From Callorhinchus milii (Eukaryota), in NCBI RefSeq assembly GCF_018977255.1, contig NW_024704749.1, positions 8,494,001 to 8,558,000 of the forward strand: a stretch of DNA of 64,000 bases, given 5' to 3'. This document shows positions 26,401 through 48,975 of this stretch, piece after piece. Made by a program: the position numbers and the translations under genes. The notes beneath the pieces are model-generated. The model did not search any database, was not told the origin of the DNA, and saw only the letters and a program-made list of their open reading frames with translations. Every line of letters starts with the position of its first letter. The stretch's first letter is position 1.

Positions 26401-28691
26401 CGAGACATAATTCTTTTAAAGGGATTTTTACCCCAGGAAAGCGATCCGCCGATCGACTAATAACCGGGTTCAGAGGCGTGTGGAGTAAGGAAACTCGCCT
26501 GAGGTTTCATACCATCCGGGAATTGAACCCGGGTCCTGTTGCTTGCGAGGCGAGTGCGCTGACCACTACGCGAAAGGACACCACACGTTGAAGTGATGGT
26601 TACAGGTGACGGCTGCCAGCGCCGAGTGCGCTAGCAGTGGTTTGCATACCTCTCCTGGCTGTGACTCGCTATGATAGCCAGGCTGTTACTGCGGCTCATG
26701 ACCAAGTGCGAGTTTCCCATCACCATCACCGCGTTCATGCAGTTCGTCAGCGTGAACTGTAAAACACAGGTCATCGAGACCCCGTCACCACGTACACAAC
26801 GTAAAAGAGAATCAGATGAACGTTTATATAGGGTTATGAGGGACAAGGGATGAAAGGGGGTGGGGGTGGGGGCGAGAGGCTCCATTGGAAAGCTCCCTCA
26901 GATAGTCGGGACAAGATCCCAATCAGTGTGCTCCTTACCTGGGATTGTTTCAACACCTGCTGTCCCCACCAGACAGGATTCACGTCCACCACGATCACCA
27001 GGAGGCTGACGTCCTGGTCTGAACAGACAGAAGGGCAGAGAGCGGTGACCAACGCTGACCACACCATCAGCAGCGGCGGCGGCGCCGGCACATCCCGAAG
27101 TACAGCGCTCTGGGAGGGCTGCTGCCCCGCGCGAGGGTAAAGGCACTACATGAACGCAAGCTGCTGTTGTTGTTGCTCACCAGCTCAGGGTAGTGACTGC
27201 GTCTCTGGAGCCCTGTGTAGTGACTGTGTCTCTGGAGCCCCGGTGTAGTGACTGTGTCTCCGGAGCCCTGTGTAGTGACTGTGTCTCTGGAGCCCTGTGT
27301 AGTGACTGTGTCTCTGAAGCCCTGTGTAGTGACTGCGTCTCTGGAGCCCTGTGTAGTGACTGTGTCTCTGGAGCCCCGGTGTAGCGACTGTGTCTCTGAA
27401 GCCCTGTGTAGTGACTGTGTCTCTGGAGCCCTGTGTAGTGACTGTGTCTCTGGAGCCCCTGTGTAGTGACTGCGTCTCTGGAGCCCCGGTGTAGTGACTG
27501 TGTCTCTGGAGCCCCGGTGTAGCGACTGTGTCTCTGAAGCCCTGTGTAGTGACTGTGTCTCTGGAGCCCTGTGTAGTGACTGTGTCTCTGGAGCCCTGTG
27601 TAGTGACTGTGTCTCTGGAGCCCTGTGTAGTGACTGCGTCTCTGGAGCCCTGTGTAGTGACTGTGTCTCTGGAGCCCCTGTGTAGTGACTGCGTCTCCGG
27701 AGCCCTGTGTAGTGACTGTGTCTCCGGAGCCCCTGTGTAGTGACTGTGTCTCCGGAGCCCTGTGTAGTGACTGTGTCTCCGGAGCCCTGTGTAGTGACTG
27801 TGTCTCCGGAGCCCTGTGTAGTGACTGTGTCTCCGGAGCCCTGTGTAGTGACTGTGTCTCCGGAGCCCTGTGTAGTGACTGTGTCTCTGGAGCCCCTGTG
27901 TAGTGACTGCGTCTCTGGAGCCCCGGTGTCGTGACTGTGTCTCTGGAGCCCCGGTGTAGCGACTGTGTCTCTGAAGCCCTGTGTAGTGACTGTGTCTCTG
28001 GAGCCCTGTGTAGTGACTGTGTCTCCGGAGCCCTGTGTAGTGACTGTGTCTCTGGAGCCCCTGTGTAGTGACTGCGTCTCTGGAGCCCCGGTGTAGTGAC
28101 TGTGTCTCTGAAGCCCTGTGTAGTGACTGTGTCTCTGGAGCCCGGTGTAGTGACTGTGTCTCCGGAGCCCTGTGTAGTGACTGTGTCTCCGGAGCCCTGT
28201 GTAGTGACTGTGTCTCTGAAGCCCTGTGTAGTGACTGCGTCTCTGGAGCCCCGGTGTAGTGACTGCGTCTCTGGAGCCCTGTGTAGTGACTGTGTCTCTG
28301 GAGCCCCTGTGTAGTGACTGTGTCTCTGGAGCCCCGGTGTAGTGACTGTGTCTCTGGAGCCCCGGTGTAGTGACTGCGTCTCTGGAGCCCCGGTGTAGTG
28401 ACTGTGTCTCTGGAGCCCCGGTGTAGTGACTGTGTCTCTGGAACCCCGGTGTAGTGACTGTGTCTCTGAAGCCCTGTGTAGTGACTGCGTCTCTGGAGCC
28501 CTGTGTAGTGACTGTGTCTCTGAAGCCCTGTGTAGTGACTGTGTCTCCGGAGCCCTGTGTAGTGACTGTGTCTCCGGAGCCCTGTGTAGTGACTGCGTCT
28601 CCGGAGCCCTGTGTAGTGACTGTGTCTCCGGAGCCCCGGTGTAGCGACTGCGAAGCCCTGAGATGCTCGGCTGATACTCACCGTCCGCCAT
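23471..28691 (-). CDS. GTF2H3: TFIIH p34 subunit (13 coding exons)
   Basis: Exon 1 28682-28691 (MAD); exon 2 26939-27018 ([14 protein letters not shown]). Later exons encode RFLYPGK...[20 protein letters not shown]|[48 protein letters not shown]...CSVCLS and [13 protein letters not shown]. Terminal KAKKKKLK..., stop 23471-23473. Confidence 0.97.
24750..24940. repeat. Tandem repeat, 40-bp unit of two 20-bp subunits
   Basis: TTACACATCACAGCATGGCA-TTACACAGCCTGGCACAGCA repeated about 4.5 times. Confidence 0.85.
25688..25954 (-). other. U12-type (minor spliceosome) GT-AG intron in GTF2H3
   Basis: 5' splice site GTATCCTTCC; branch-like TTTCCTGAGC about 15 nt from the AG; weak pyrimidine tract. Confidence 0.85.
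26360..26584 (-). mobile_element. Older SINE subfamily copy (tRNA head plus extra central segment, internally deleted)
   Basis: GAATTGAACCC B-box complement and GGAGTAAGGAAACT; central GGAAAGCGATC..CGACTAA segment recurs at ~23790 and in part at ~34265. Confidence 0.7.
27190..28650. repeat. Minisatellite, 27/28-bp unit, about 53 copies, in GTF2H3 intron 1
   Basis: Unit GTAGTGACTG(T/C)GTCTC(T/C)G(G/A)AGCCC(C)(T/G)GT in uninterrupted tandem. Confidence 0.97.
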
Positions 28692-28838
28692 CTTGCTCCG
28701 TGTGTGTGTGTGTGTGGGGGGGAGTGGGGGAGTGAGCGCGCGGCCCGCGGGGCCCGAGCTCTTGTTGCCGGGGGAAGAGTCAGCGGGACGGGACAACTTC
28801 CGCTTCCGGTAGCCGCCCCCGACATGAAGCCGACGATG
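28692..28838. promoter_or_regulatory. Bidirectional CpG promoter GTF2H3/EIF2B1
   Basis: Divergent start codons about 150 bp apart; tandem ETS/GABP-type ACTTCCGCTTCCGGT at ~28796-28810. Confidence 0.8.
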
Positions 28839-29100
28839 ATGGAGCAAACAGGTACCGACCGACAGACCGACAGACCGACCCCTCCCGGTGGCGGGAGGTG
28901 TATTGGAGGCGGTGCCAGAGTCCGTGTGTGGGGGTCTGGGCAGGTGTTGGTGTGTGTGTGTGTGACGCAGAGCAACAACGCTCTGCATTTATTATTAATA
29001 TTAATAATAATAATAATATTTGCATTTGATTCTTTTTTTTGTGTGAGGGTCAGAAACCCACCACTCCCCCCCTCCCCCCACACAGTGACCAAACACAACC

Positions 29101-29133
<33 letters not shown>

Positions 29134-32100
29134 GGAATCCGCTGCCGCGTTTCGCCCGTGAAATCACACGGCCGGTTCGCTTTGCGGCGCGTTCCCGCGA
29201 AGCGCTTTGAGACGCCTCGAGGGCCCCTCGGTCGGGCGCTGTGTCAAAACGCGAGGACTGTTTATTGCTGCTGTTGTTGTTGTTGTTGTTGTTGTTAAGC
29301 CGCCGCTTACACGTTTGCGATTTAGTCGGGGGACGCGTGGAAGGTCTCTCTCCGGTTTGGCTTTGGTTTCAGGAGACCCTTCAGCGGGGGCGGGCGATGG
29401 GTTTCCGCGCGTGGATTAAATCTCCCGTCCAAAAAACCACTCACTTCACGGTGTATCCCGTGAAAGGGCCCTGAGACGCCTCAAATGCCTACGATAAGCC
29501 AAGGCGCTGTATCAAGTGCACGGATTGTTGTGATTACCTCCGGCGAGAGGGAGAGAGGGTGGAGGGCTGATTTGGAATCGCTGTCTGTGTGCGTGTCTGT
29601 GTTGCTGACTTGTTTCTGACGCCGCCGCCGCCGCCGCCCGGCGTTGCAGAGCTGGTGGAGAATTTCAGGACTCAGATGAAAGAGAACGAGGACGTGGCTT
29701 CCGCGGTCACGGCCATCCGCACTCTGCTGGAGTTTTTGAAGCGAGACACAGGTAACTGGAATACAAACACACCCTCCAAATGGCTCTTACACGATCGGCG
29801 TTTAGTTTCTGTGACGTCCGTTACTGCTACACTTCTCCCTTGGCGGGGGCGGTTATATACAAATACGGGAGCCCAGATCCACCTGCAGATTCCCCAGTGA
29901 TGAAAATCACTGGGTTCCTTGTCTTGCAGGACATATGAAATTGTTTTGTTCGCACTCGCACACATCCCACAGACACGCACACACACACTTGCACCGACAC
30001 ACTCGCGTGCGTCACTGCAGCTCTCACGTTTTGTCATTTTACAAACCTAGCTCTGGCGCTGTGCAGTTATTCTCGTTTTGCACAAAAACAATACTGTGTC
30101 CGCAAAACAAATAGCTTGAGGTGTCTCCCCGTTCAGGCTTGTGCTCTGGTTGCTTTGTGCTGCAGGAGAAACGATCCAGGGTTTGCGGGAGAATCTGACC
30201 TCAGCTATTGATACTCTGACCAACGAGGATTCTTCAGTGGCGGTCTCGTCGGGCGGTGAACTTTTCCTGCGTTTTATCAGCCTGACGTCTCTCGAACTCC
30301 CGGTAAGCACCAGCTGTCAGCAAAACCCTTTGCCGGGCCATTCTGTAGGTTCCAACTTGAAAGCGAACGCTGGCCACAATCCATCCCGACTCCACAATCC
30401 ATTCCCTTTCCCTTGCATGATGTAGCACCTTATCAAGTCGTTGAGATGTCTCAAAGCACTTCACAGGATATACTGTAGAGTTACTGTGTATTTTTGTGGG
30501 CGAAACCCAGCCGCCAATTGCGCACAGCAGTGTTCCACAAACAGCCACAAAGTGAGTGATCGATTTTATTTGGGGGACTGTTGGCCAGGACACCGGGAGA
30601 GAAACTCCTTTATCTTTTCAAAGAGTGCCATGGGATCTTTTAACATCCACCTGAACAGGCAAATGGGATCTCGGTTTAACGTGTCACAGTAATAAAGTAT
30701 CAAAGCTTGTCACAAAACAGCCCGGTATAGTCTCACATCCTCCAGTCTATTTTTAAAACTTTCTACCCAGAGTCTTTTCTTTGTATTCTCCCTCCTGCTG
30801 AGGCTTACGGTAAAGTGGGCTCGGATTGGTTAGAAGGGCTGCTTTACAAGGACCATCACTGTCAAATGTCTGATCGCTCTGCTGTGAATTCCAGGATTAC
30901 TCGATGTGTAAGAAGACCATGATAGAGAGAGGAGAGCTTTACCTGAAGACGATCTCCGACTCCAGAAACAAGATCGCAAAACTGTGCCACACGTTCATCA
31001 AAGATGGAGCTGTGAGTTGCCTCTCGGGAGCCCAGCGCTGTCTGATTGTAGCCCCCCCCTCACCACCCAACTGCGATGGGCACACAGCACAGACCAGGGA
31101 CCCTCCTTGGGCTCTGCTTTTACCAGCAAATCCGCCAAATCTGATCGTCTCCCGCCCCTGCCGTGAGTTGCTCTTTTTATTGTTCCCCTGGATTTCTCTC
31201 ACTAACTGGCTTGTTTCTCTTTCCCGTTGCAGAGCATTCTGACACACTCCTGCTCGCGGGTGGTCCTCCGGGTGCTGCAGAAAGCCGCCGAAGCCAAGAA
31301 ACGTTTCAGCGTTTACATCACGCAGTCACAACCTGACTGCTCAGGGCAAGTCTGCGCTCTGCACCCTCCCCCGGCTTGCTGGCTCGCTCACTCTCTTCCC
31401 CCCCGCCACACTCGTTCTTCGTAACATTTCCATATCGAACGTAAAGAAAGCACGGTTGCTGCTCAGTGAATAACTGAGTCCCTTTTGCCTTTCAGTCACA
31501 AGAGCGCAGAGGCTCTGAGAAAACTGCACATCCCCGTCACAGTCATACTGGACGCTTCTGTCGGGTAGGTTTCACTTGGCGGCTGGTGGCGGGTGGGGCA
31601 AAAACAATTGCTGCGTAAAACAGTCACCACACTCACGAAAGGAAGCCACCAGCTTTCCGTTGAATGCTGTGACTGAGCTGTGCTGCCTTTCTCTCTCTGC
31701 ACAGTTACATCATGGAGCAGGTGGACCTGGTGGTAGTTGGTGCTGAAGGAGTGGTGGAAAGTGGCGGCATCATCAATAAGGTAGAGAGAGACATCAACTG
31801 CGGGCTCGGGCAGTGTTCATGTTCTGGGGGAGCCAGAATAATCAATCACTGAATGCAGGTTTTATGAGCTTTGCTGCTCTTCCTGTTTGCTGGAGTGAGG
31901 TTCATCCCCCCAACCCCATCTCTCTCACACCCCTTATCTCTCTCTCTCTTTCCCCCTTCCTCCCTGCTCAGATCGGAACTTACCAAATGGCCGTATGCGC
32001 CAAGGCTCACAATAAACCCTTCTACGTGGTGGCTGAGAGCTTCAAGTTCGTCCGGCTTTATCCCCTCAACCAACAAGATGTTCCCAAGAGATTTAAGGTG

Positions 32101-32347
32101 AGGAAAGTCTTCTTCCTTGTTTCAGGGGAGGGGAGGGGATGGGGGTGATTTTAATAGGCCAGAGGGTGACTATGTGCCTTCTGTGTATATGCAGTACAAG
32201 GCTGAAGTACAGAAATCCAAGGACCTTGCGTCGGAGCATCCGACAGTGGACTACACACCACCGGCTTTCATCACCCTCCTGTTCACAGACCTGGGAGTGT
32301 TAACCCCGTCCGCAGTCAGCGACGAACTGATCAAACTCTACCTGTAG
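28839..32347 (+). CDS. EIF2B1: eIF2B alpha subunit (9 exons)
   Basis: Exons ~28839-28851, 29650-29751, 30166-30302, 30895-31011, 31233-31345, 31496-31564, 31704-31780, 31972-32097, 32194-32347. Motifs [68 protein letters not shown]. In-frame upstream ATGs at 28824 and 28836 are alternative starts. Confidence 0.97.
31346..31495 (+). other. GC-AG intron in EIF2B1
   Basis: TCA GG|GCAAGT ... tttcag|T CAC AAG keeps QPDCSG-HKSAEAL in frame. Confidence 0.8.
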
Positions 32348-33174
32348 TTGCCAACATGGACATTTAATGTGAGTGACCCTGCACCACAGCGCTGGACAGT
32401 GGGGAGACCGGAGCAGCTTCCTGTGCGCAGGAATTGGAAATTCTGCAACTACGTCAGTGTGAAGACAGGATGAGGGAAACACAGGACCATTATTGGTGGC
32501 TTCCTCTCCCCTCAGTCACTTGGCCGGGGGGGTGGGGTAGTGAGTTGGGGCCAGAGACGTAAGCAATGTGTCCAGGGCAGAGTGGGGTTAGGAGAGGGGC
32601 ATAAACGAAGCCAAGCCTGAGACACTGCCCTTATCGGGGAGAACGAGGTTTATTAAGCTGACGCTCTGAGCCCAGTGTGGAAAGTTGGTGTTTGGTGTGG
32701 ATTCATGTCCTGATTTTGTAGCAAATGCGGTTTATCAACTGCTGCAGCCAATAAAATCAGTCAACCCCCTCCTCGTATGTGACTTGACAAACTGTCTCTT
32801 AAAAGTTCCCGATAGGAGCTGTCCCCAGCCAGGGCGAAGCTCACAGACCCTCTGCGTTACTGGTCTCACTTCTGACCAGTTAAAATCTTGTGTTATCAGG
32901 GACATGGGGAAAAGGCAAGTATTTGGAGTCAAAGTACAGCTCAGCCGTGATCTAATAAAATGGCAGAATAGGCTTGAGGGGCTGAATAGCCTGTTCCTAT
33001 GAGTCTAATGAGCAACCAATCACTCTTATTGGCAACAGGAAACTTTGCTAAAAAAATGTTTGTCTATGGGTTTCTTTAACTTAAGAGAATAGATGTGACA
33101 ATCAAGTCAGTATAAAACAATGTACGTCCAGGAACAATCCCAGGTTGGTGAGTGTTGTGTGTTGAGGACAGCCG

Positions 33175-39447
<6,273 letters not shown>

Positions 39448-39570
39448 CTTCGGCCGCCAGACACCGCGCACACGCGCTTCCGGTCCGGCTCCGCTTCCCT
39501 TCCGGTCCGTCCGCACTCGTCTTCCGGTCCCACGTTGTGGTGACACGTCAGTTCCGGAGAGAAGGTCCGC
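39448..39570. promoter_or_regulatory. DDX55 promoter/5'UTR with clustered ETS cores
   Basis: Several TTCCGG/CTTCCG motifs in a CpG-rich stretch directly upstream of the ATG. Confidence 0.55.
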
Positions 39571-40119
39571 CATTCACAGTCGGTATTGCAATCTGCTGTG
39601 AGCACACAGTCTCCTTCGCGACAGGGACTTGGATTTAACCTTCACGGCGCAGGGAGTTTGTTGGACCAGACTTTAGCTCCACATTTAATCACGAGGTCCC
39701 ATTTATTGTCCCTCAGTGACTGAACAGGGTTCACAATCACCCCCCCCCCCACCCCCAGGCTCACCAGCACAGCGGGTCGGCGCAGTTCCTTGGTGATATT
39801 TTCACTAAGAGCTCACACACTTAATCAAAAAGAATAATTATCCTCGTGCTCGGCGTCTTGTCATGTCGCGGAGACGACCCGAAAGCGCTTCGCGGGGGGG
39901 GGGGTTTATTTCACTGTTGCCCTGCGCCTGGCGTTACTCTTCCCGGCGACCGAATCGATTAAATTCCTTTTGTCACTTTGTCCGATGTTTTCGAAAGTTT
40001 CCTTCCAAGTCAAAAGAGTAGAATAATCATCCGCGCCTTCGAAAACGGTGCTTTTCACGTCTTCCAGACGTCTCGAAGCGCTTCACAGAACATACTGTGA
40101 AGTTAATTTGACTTATATT

Positions 40120-40385
40120 TCACCTGGGTTCAATTCCCGGCAGGGGGCGAAACCGTGGGCAAGTTTCCTTACTCTACACCTAATAATAATCCCTCCCAAA
40201 AAAAGCAATAATAAATTGGTCATTTTCAATCCACGGCTGTTTGTGGGACGCTGCTGTGCGCAATTGGCTGCCGCGTTTCGCCCACAAATATACAATCAAT
40301 TCACTTTACAGCATATTCTGTGAAGCACTTTGAGACGTCTAGAAGACGTGAAAAGCGCTATATCAAATGCAAGGATTATTATTAT
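40120..40385 (+). mobile_element. 5'-truncated SINE preceded by an inverted tail fragment (~40020-40115)
   Basis: Starts at the B-box GGGTTCAATTCCC; the remainder matches the family. Confidence 0.85.
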
Positions 40386-42328
40386 TTTGGCTATTTTGGG
40401 ACTTATACGAGTGCTGATGCTCATAACCATACGATTAAAGGCACAAACGCGCTCATAAAGGGTGGAGAAGAAGCACAAAAAGGAACCACTAGGACTCCAA
40501 ATCTAGTTTTTAATAGAGAATTTATTGGTTACTCATTGGTTTTTGGGGTCATTTTATTGGACACATACGTTTTAACTTTAAATTACATCATTAAATCGCA
40601 TTCAATCCATTTTGAAATGCGATGTTCTGGACATTTTTGAAAACAAATTGGCAGACAGTAACTGTTTACCAACTCGCTGTTGCTTTAAGAAGACAGACTT
40701 TTTGCCACAAGTTTTATTCCCACAGAAGTGGTCCCACGTAGTAGAACGAACTCTGTCAAAAAAGGTTTCGGAAGAAATTCCAACTAATTTCAGACACGCA
40801 CGGAAGGTTCAAACAAACCTTTGTTTTTTTTATATATAAAAATGAAATTGGTTTAAAAAAATGTTCCACATTTAATCGCAGTTTTGCAAATGTTCTAGAA
40901 TTCTCTCTCAATCAATCGCGCTGCCATTCTCTCAATAATCTTCAGCTTCTGAAATTCTAGTTGGTTTCTCTTTTTCCCCCGCTACCCACACAATTAAACA
41001 AAAGGTTTCAAGTAAATCGTCAAACCATCAAGTCAGATCAATGATCACCGATGAGGGCAAACCCCAGAACCTTATGTTACTTTTTGGGGTTGATTTTGGA
41101 GTCTATTTATGAATTAAGGGAACACTCTGGTAATGGATGTTGGCACCGAAAATTTTGAGGCTGGAACAAATCCATGACAATGGTGGGAAAATACTGTTCA
41201 CATCTGAGGTAAAGGGTTAGGAGATTGGTGCCTCCACCATAGTTTTCAGTCATCATACAAGAGTTTGGGGGTGAGAGACAGAGAGAGAGCGAAAGAGAGA
41301 GCAAAAAAGGTAGGGTGAATAAAGGAGGAGATGAACAGGGTTTGAAGTTAGTGCGTTTCTGGAATCAAGTGGAATTGTTCCCATTAGAGATTTTTATTTT
41401 TTTTTCCAAAAATATGTAAAGGAGTCCACTCACAATCGAGGGGGGAAAAAAAAAAATCAAAGGTCGTGGCTTGGTGTAACTTCAGTTATTGCAGATCAGT
41501 ATCCCACGCCCCCGTCCCTCCCAAAAAAGAATACTACAAGTTTATCCCTAAACACAGAGAAAACCCTAACAACTGTAAAGAAATTGTACAAAATTGTCCA
41601 GGGCCACCTTAAAAGATTCCCTAAAGATTGTGTGTGAGTAACGCACTCACACTCGCACCCCATGCCCCCTTCCCTCCCCCCACTATCTGATGTTTGCAGT
41701 TTGAGCCTATCGTCATTTACCAATTACAGAGAAGCAAAAAAAAAACCCACTAGGATTGATTGTGGATCAGTGTTCTCAAAATCCGTAACACAAGCCCAAA
41801 CTAAACCTGAACCCAACCCCAATTCCCACTACCAGCCCCACCCTACCTCCCACCCTCCCTCCCTCCCCAAGACACCCCCAGCTCCAGCAGTGGAAACAGG
41901 GTGAACGAAACGAAGGAAGAAAACCAGTCGCGGATAAACTTTGACATGTTTAAACAAAGCGACATACTGATGGCTGTATTCATCAGTAGAAATGCACGGT
42001 CACTTTAGCAGAGTGACTGACCGCAGGAGGAGCGCTGGTGATGTGGAAATGTACATGCGCGTGTGCGCACACAGACGCACACACATTGCGCTCTGAGCTC
42101 ACTCAGACACGCAGACACACACAGCTTGGTTTTCAGCCGCCTTTTCCCAAATCCACATGTAACCAGATCGCAGAGCACCAAAACCCCCTCCCCCACCCAC
42201 AGCACAACCGCTGCTCTTCACAAATTATACCTCGCAACCAAAGATTCCCCAAATTATACTACAAAAAGGCTTCGTTTTTAAATAAAACTGTAAATGCAGA
42301 CCCACTGATGTGTATGCGTATGTGAGCA

Positions 42329-42359
<31 letters not shown>

Positions 42360-42360
42360 A

Positions 42361-42391
<31 letters not shown>

Positions 42392-42479
42392 AAAAGATTG
42401 TTGTGATTGGATTGTGGGTTTTAGCTGTTGAAACTGCATGTGTGTGCGGGGGAGGGGAGGGGAAGAGAGCAAGAGAGCT

Positions 42480-47425
<4,946 letters not shown>

Positions 47426-47430
47426 CGCAG

Positions 47431-47625
47431 CCACGTCACCGCCCGCCCCCGCGCAGGCGCAGCGCGACCCGGCGCCGACCCCGCCCCACGTCACCGCCCG
47501 CCCCCCCACCCGCGCAGGCGCAGCGCGGCCCGGCACCGCCCCCGCCTACTAGCCCCTCCCTCTCACGTCACCGCCCGCCCCCCGCGCAGGCGCAGCGCGG
47601 CCCGGCGCCGACCCCGCCTATCAGC
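47431..47625. promoter_or_regulatory. Triplicated UPRE/CRE + GC-box + NRF1-like module at TMED2 5' end
   Basis: Three copies of (C/T)CACGTCACCGCCCGCCCCC..GCGCAGGCGCAGCGCG starting at 47431, 47486 and 47563. Confidence 0.7.
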
Positions 47626-48309
47626 CCCTCCCCTTCCACCTGGCCCCGCCCCCCGACCCCGACAGACTCCGCCCGTGACCCCCCAGTGACCCCGCCCCCG
47701 ACCCACAGGTCTTGTCCATCACCGTACGTGCAATCAAATGCAAGCATTATTATTATTATTAAATGATATATTATTATCAATATATTATCAATAGAAGGTG
47801 CGGTATAAAATGCAAAGATTACGATAGATGTCATTGCATTGCATTTTTATTAATAATATGAGGTATCAAATTGCAAAGGCCGTCATCTGTTTTGTTGTAT
47901 TATGTTATTATGATCCCACGTAGTAGAACGATATTGATGATGATGATGATGATGAGCTGCGGTATTAAATTGCAAAGATGATCTTCCTTAGAAATAACGA
48001 GTAGCAACACAAAAAATCTAGGAAAAGTGTGAATGAAGAAGCATTAAATAATCTCCAGTGTTGTGCTGGGGAATGAATGATGATGATGATGACTCAGAGA
48101 GAGGGAACCAATGTGTGTGTGTGTATGTATATATATATATATAGTTACTCCATTGGATTGAGATGGAAAATCCACAACTCTCAGCTGATCTCCTGGGAGT
48201 GGGAATGCCACATGCGCAGTCTGGCAACATCCATGTCACACACATATATATATATATATATATCCTTTGTGCTGACACACAGCGCCCGTCCAGACGCCCT
48301 GTGAACTGA

Positions 48310-48915
48310 GAGGAGAGAGAGAGAGAGAGAGAAAAGGAGAGAAGTTCATATTCATTTATATTATTTCTTTAATTATTTAAATGTAGTGGAAGGAAAAAGA
48401 ACCAGAGTGGGAAAAAGTTTCAAGGCAGGAAAATTAAGGGGAGGGAGGGAGAGAGAGAGAGAGAGATAACACAGATTCAGAGACACACGTACAGGCTCAG
48501 AAAGGGGCAGAGATAGAGAGATAGAGACACAGGGAAAAAGAAGATGTATTTCTATCTCTGAGACAGAGAGAGAGAGAAATAAATAGACAAAACAGACAGA
48601 GAGACACATATACGGGCAGAGAGAGAGAGAGAGAGAAAGAGGGAGGGAGAGACACAGGGAGAAAAAAAAGGACAGTGTGGGAGAGAGAGAGAGAGAGAGA
48701 AAGAAATATTATTTCTCTCTGAGAGATAAATAGAGAGAGGGGGGGGTGATAGAGAGAGAGGGGGATAGAGAGAGGGGGGATAGAGAGGGATAGAGAGAGG
48801 GGGATAGAGAGAGAGAGAGAGAGAGGGATAGAGAGAGGGGGATAGGGATAGAGAGAGGGGGATAGAAAGAGAGAGAGAGGGGGTGATAGAGAGAGAGGGG
48901 GGAGGGGGTAGAGAG
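48310..48915. repeat. GA-rich low-complexity tract upstream of RILPL1
   Basis: (GA)n and GGGGGATAGAGAGA units. Confidence 0.85.
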
Positions 48916-48975
48916 GCAGAGCCCGTGAGGGCTGGTGCCTGTCTCTGGCTGTGGGCGCTGCCGCTGCCCGGGACC

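Noticed and set aside
27190-28650. CRISPR-like regular array
   Set aside because: Units are directly adjacent with no unique spacers, there are no cas genes and the DNA is vertebrate; it is a minisatellite.
27177-29167. 603-aa and 660-aa ORFs as real genes
   Set aside because: They come from a stop-free tandem repeat inside GTF2H3 intron 1.
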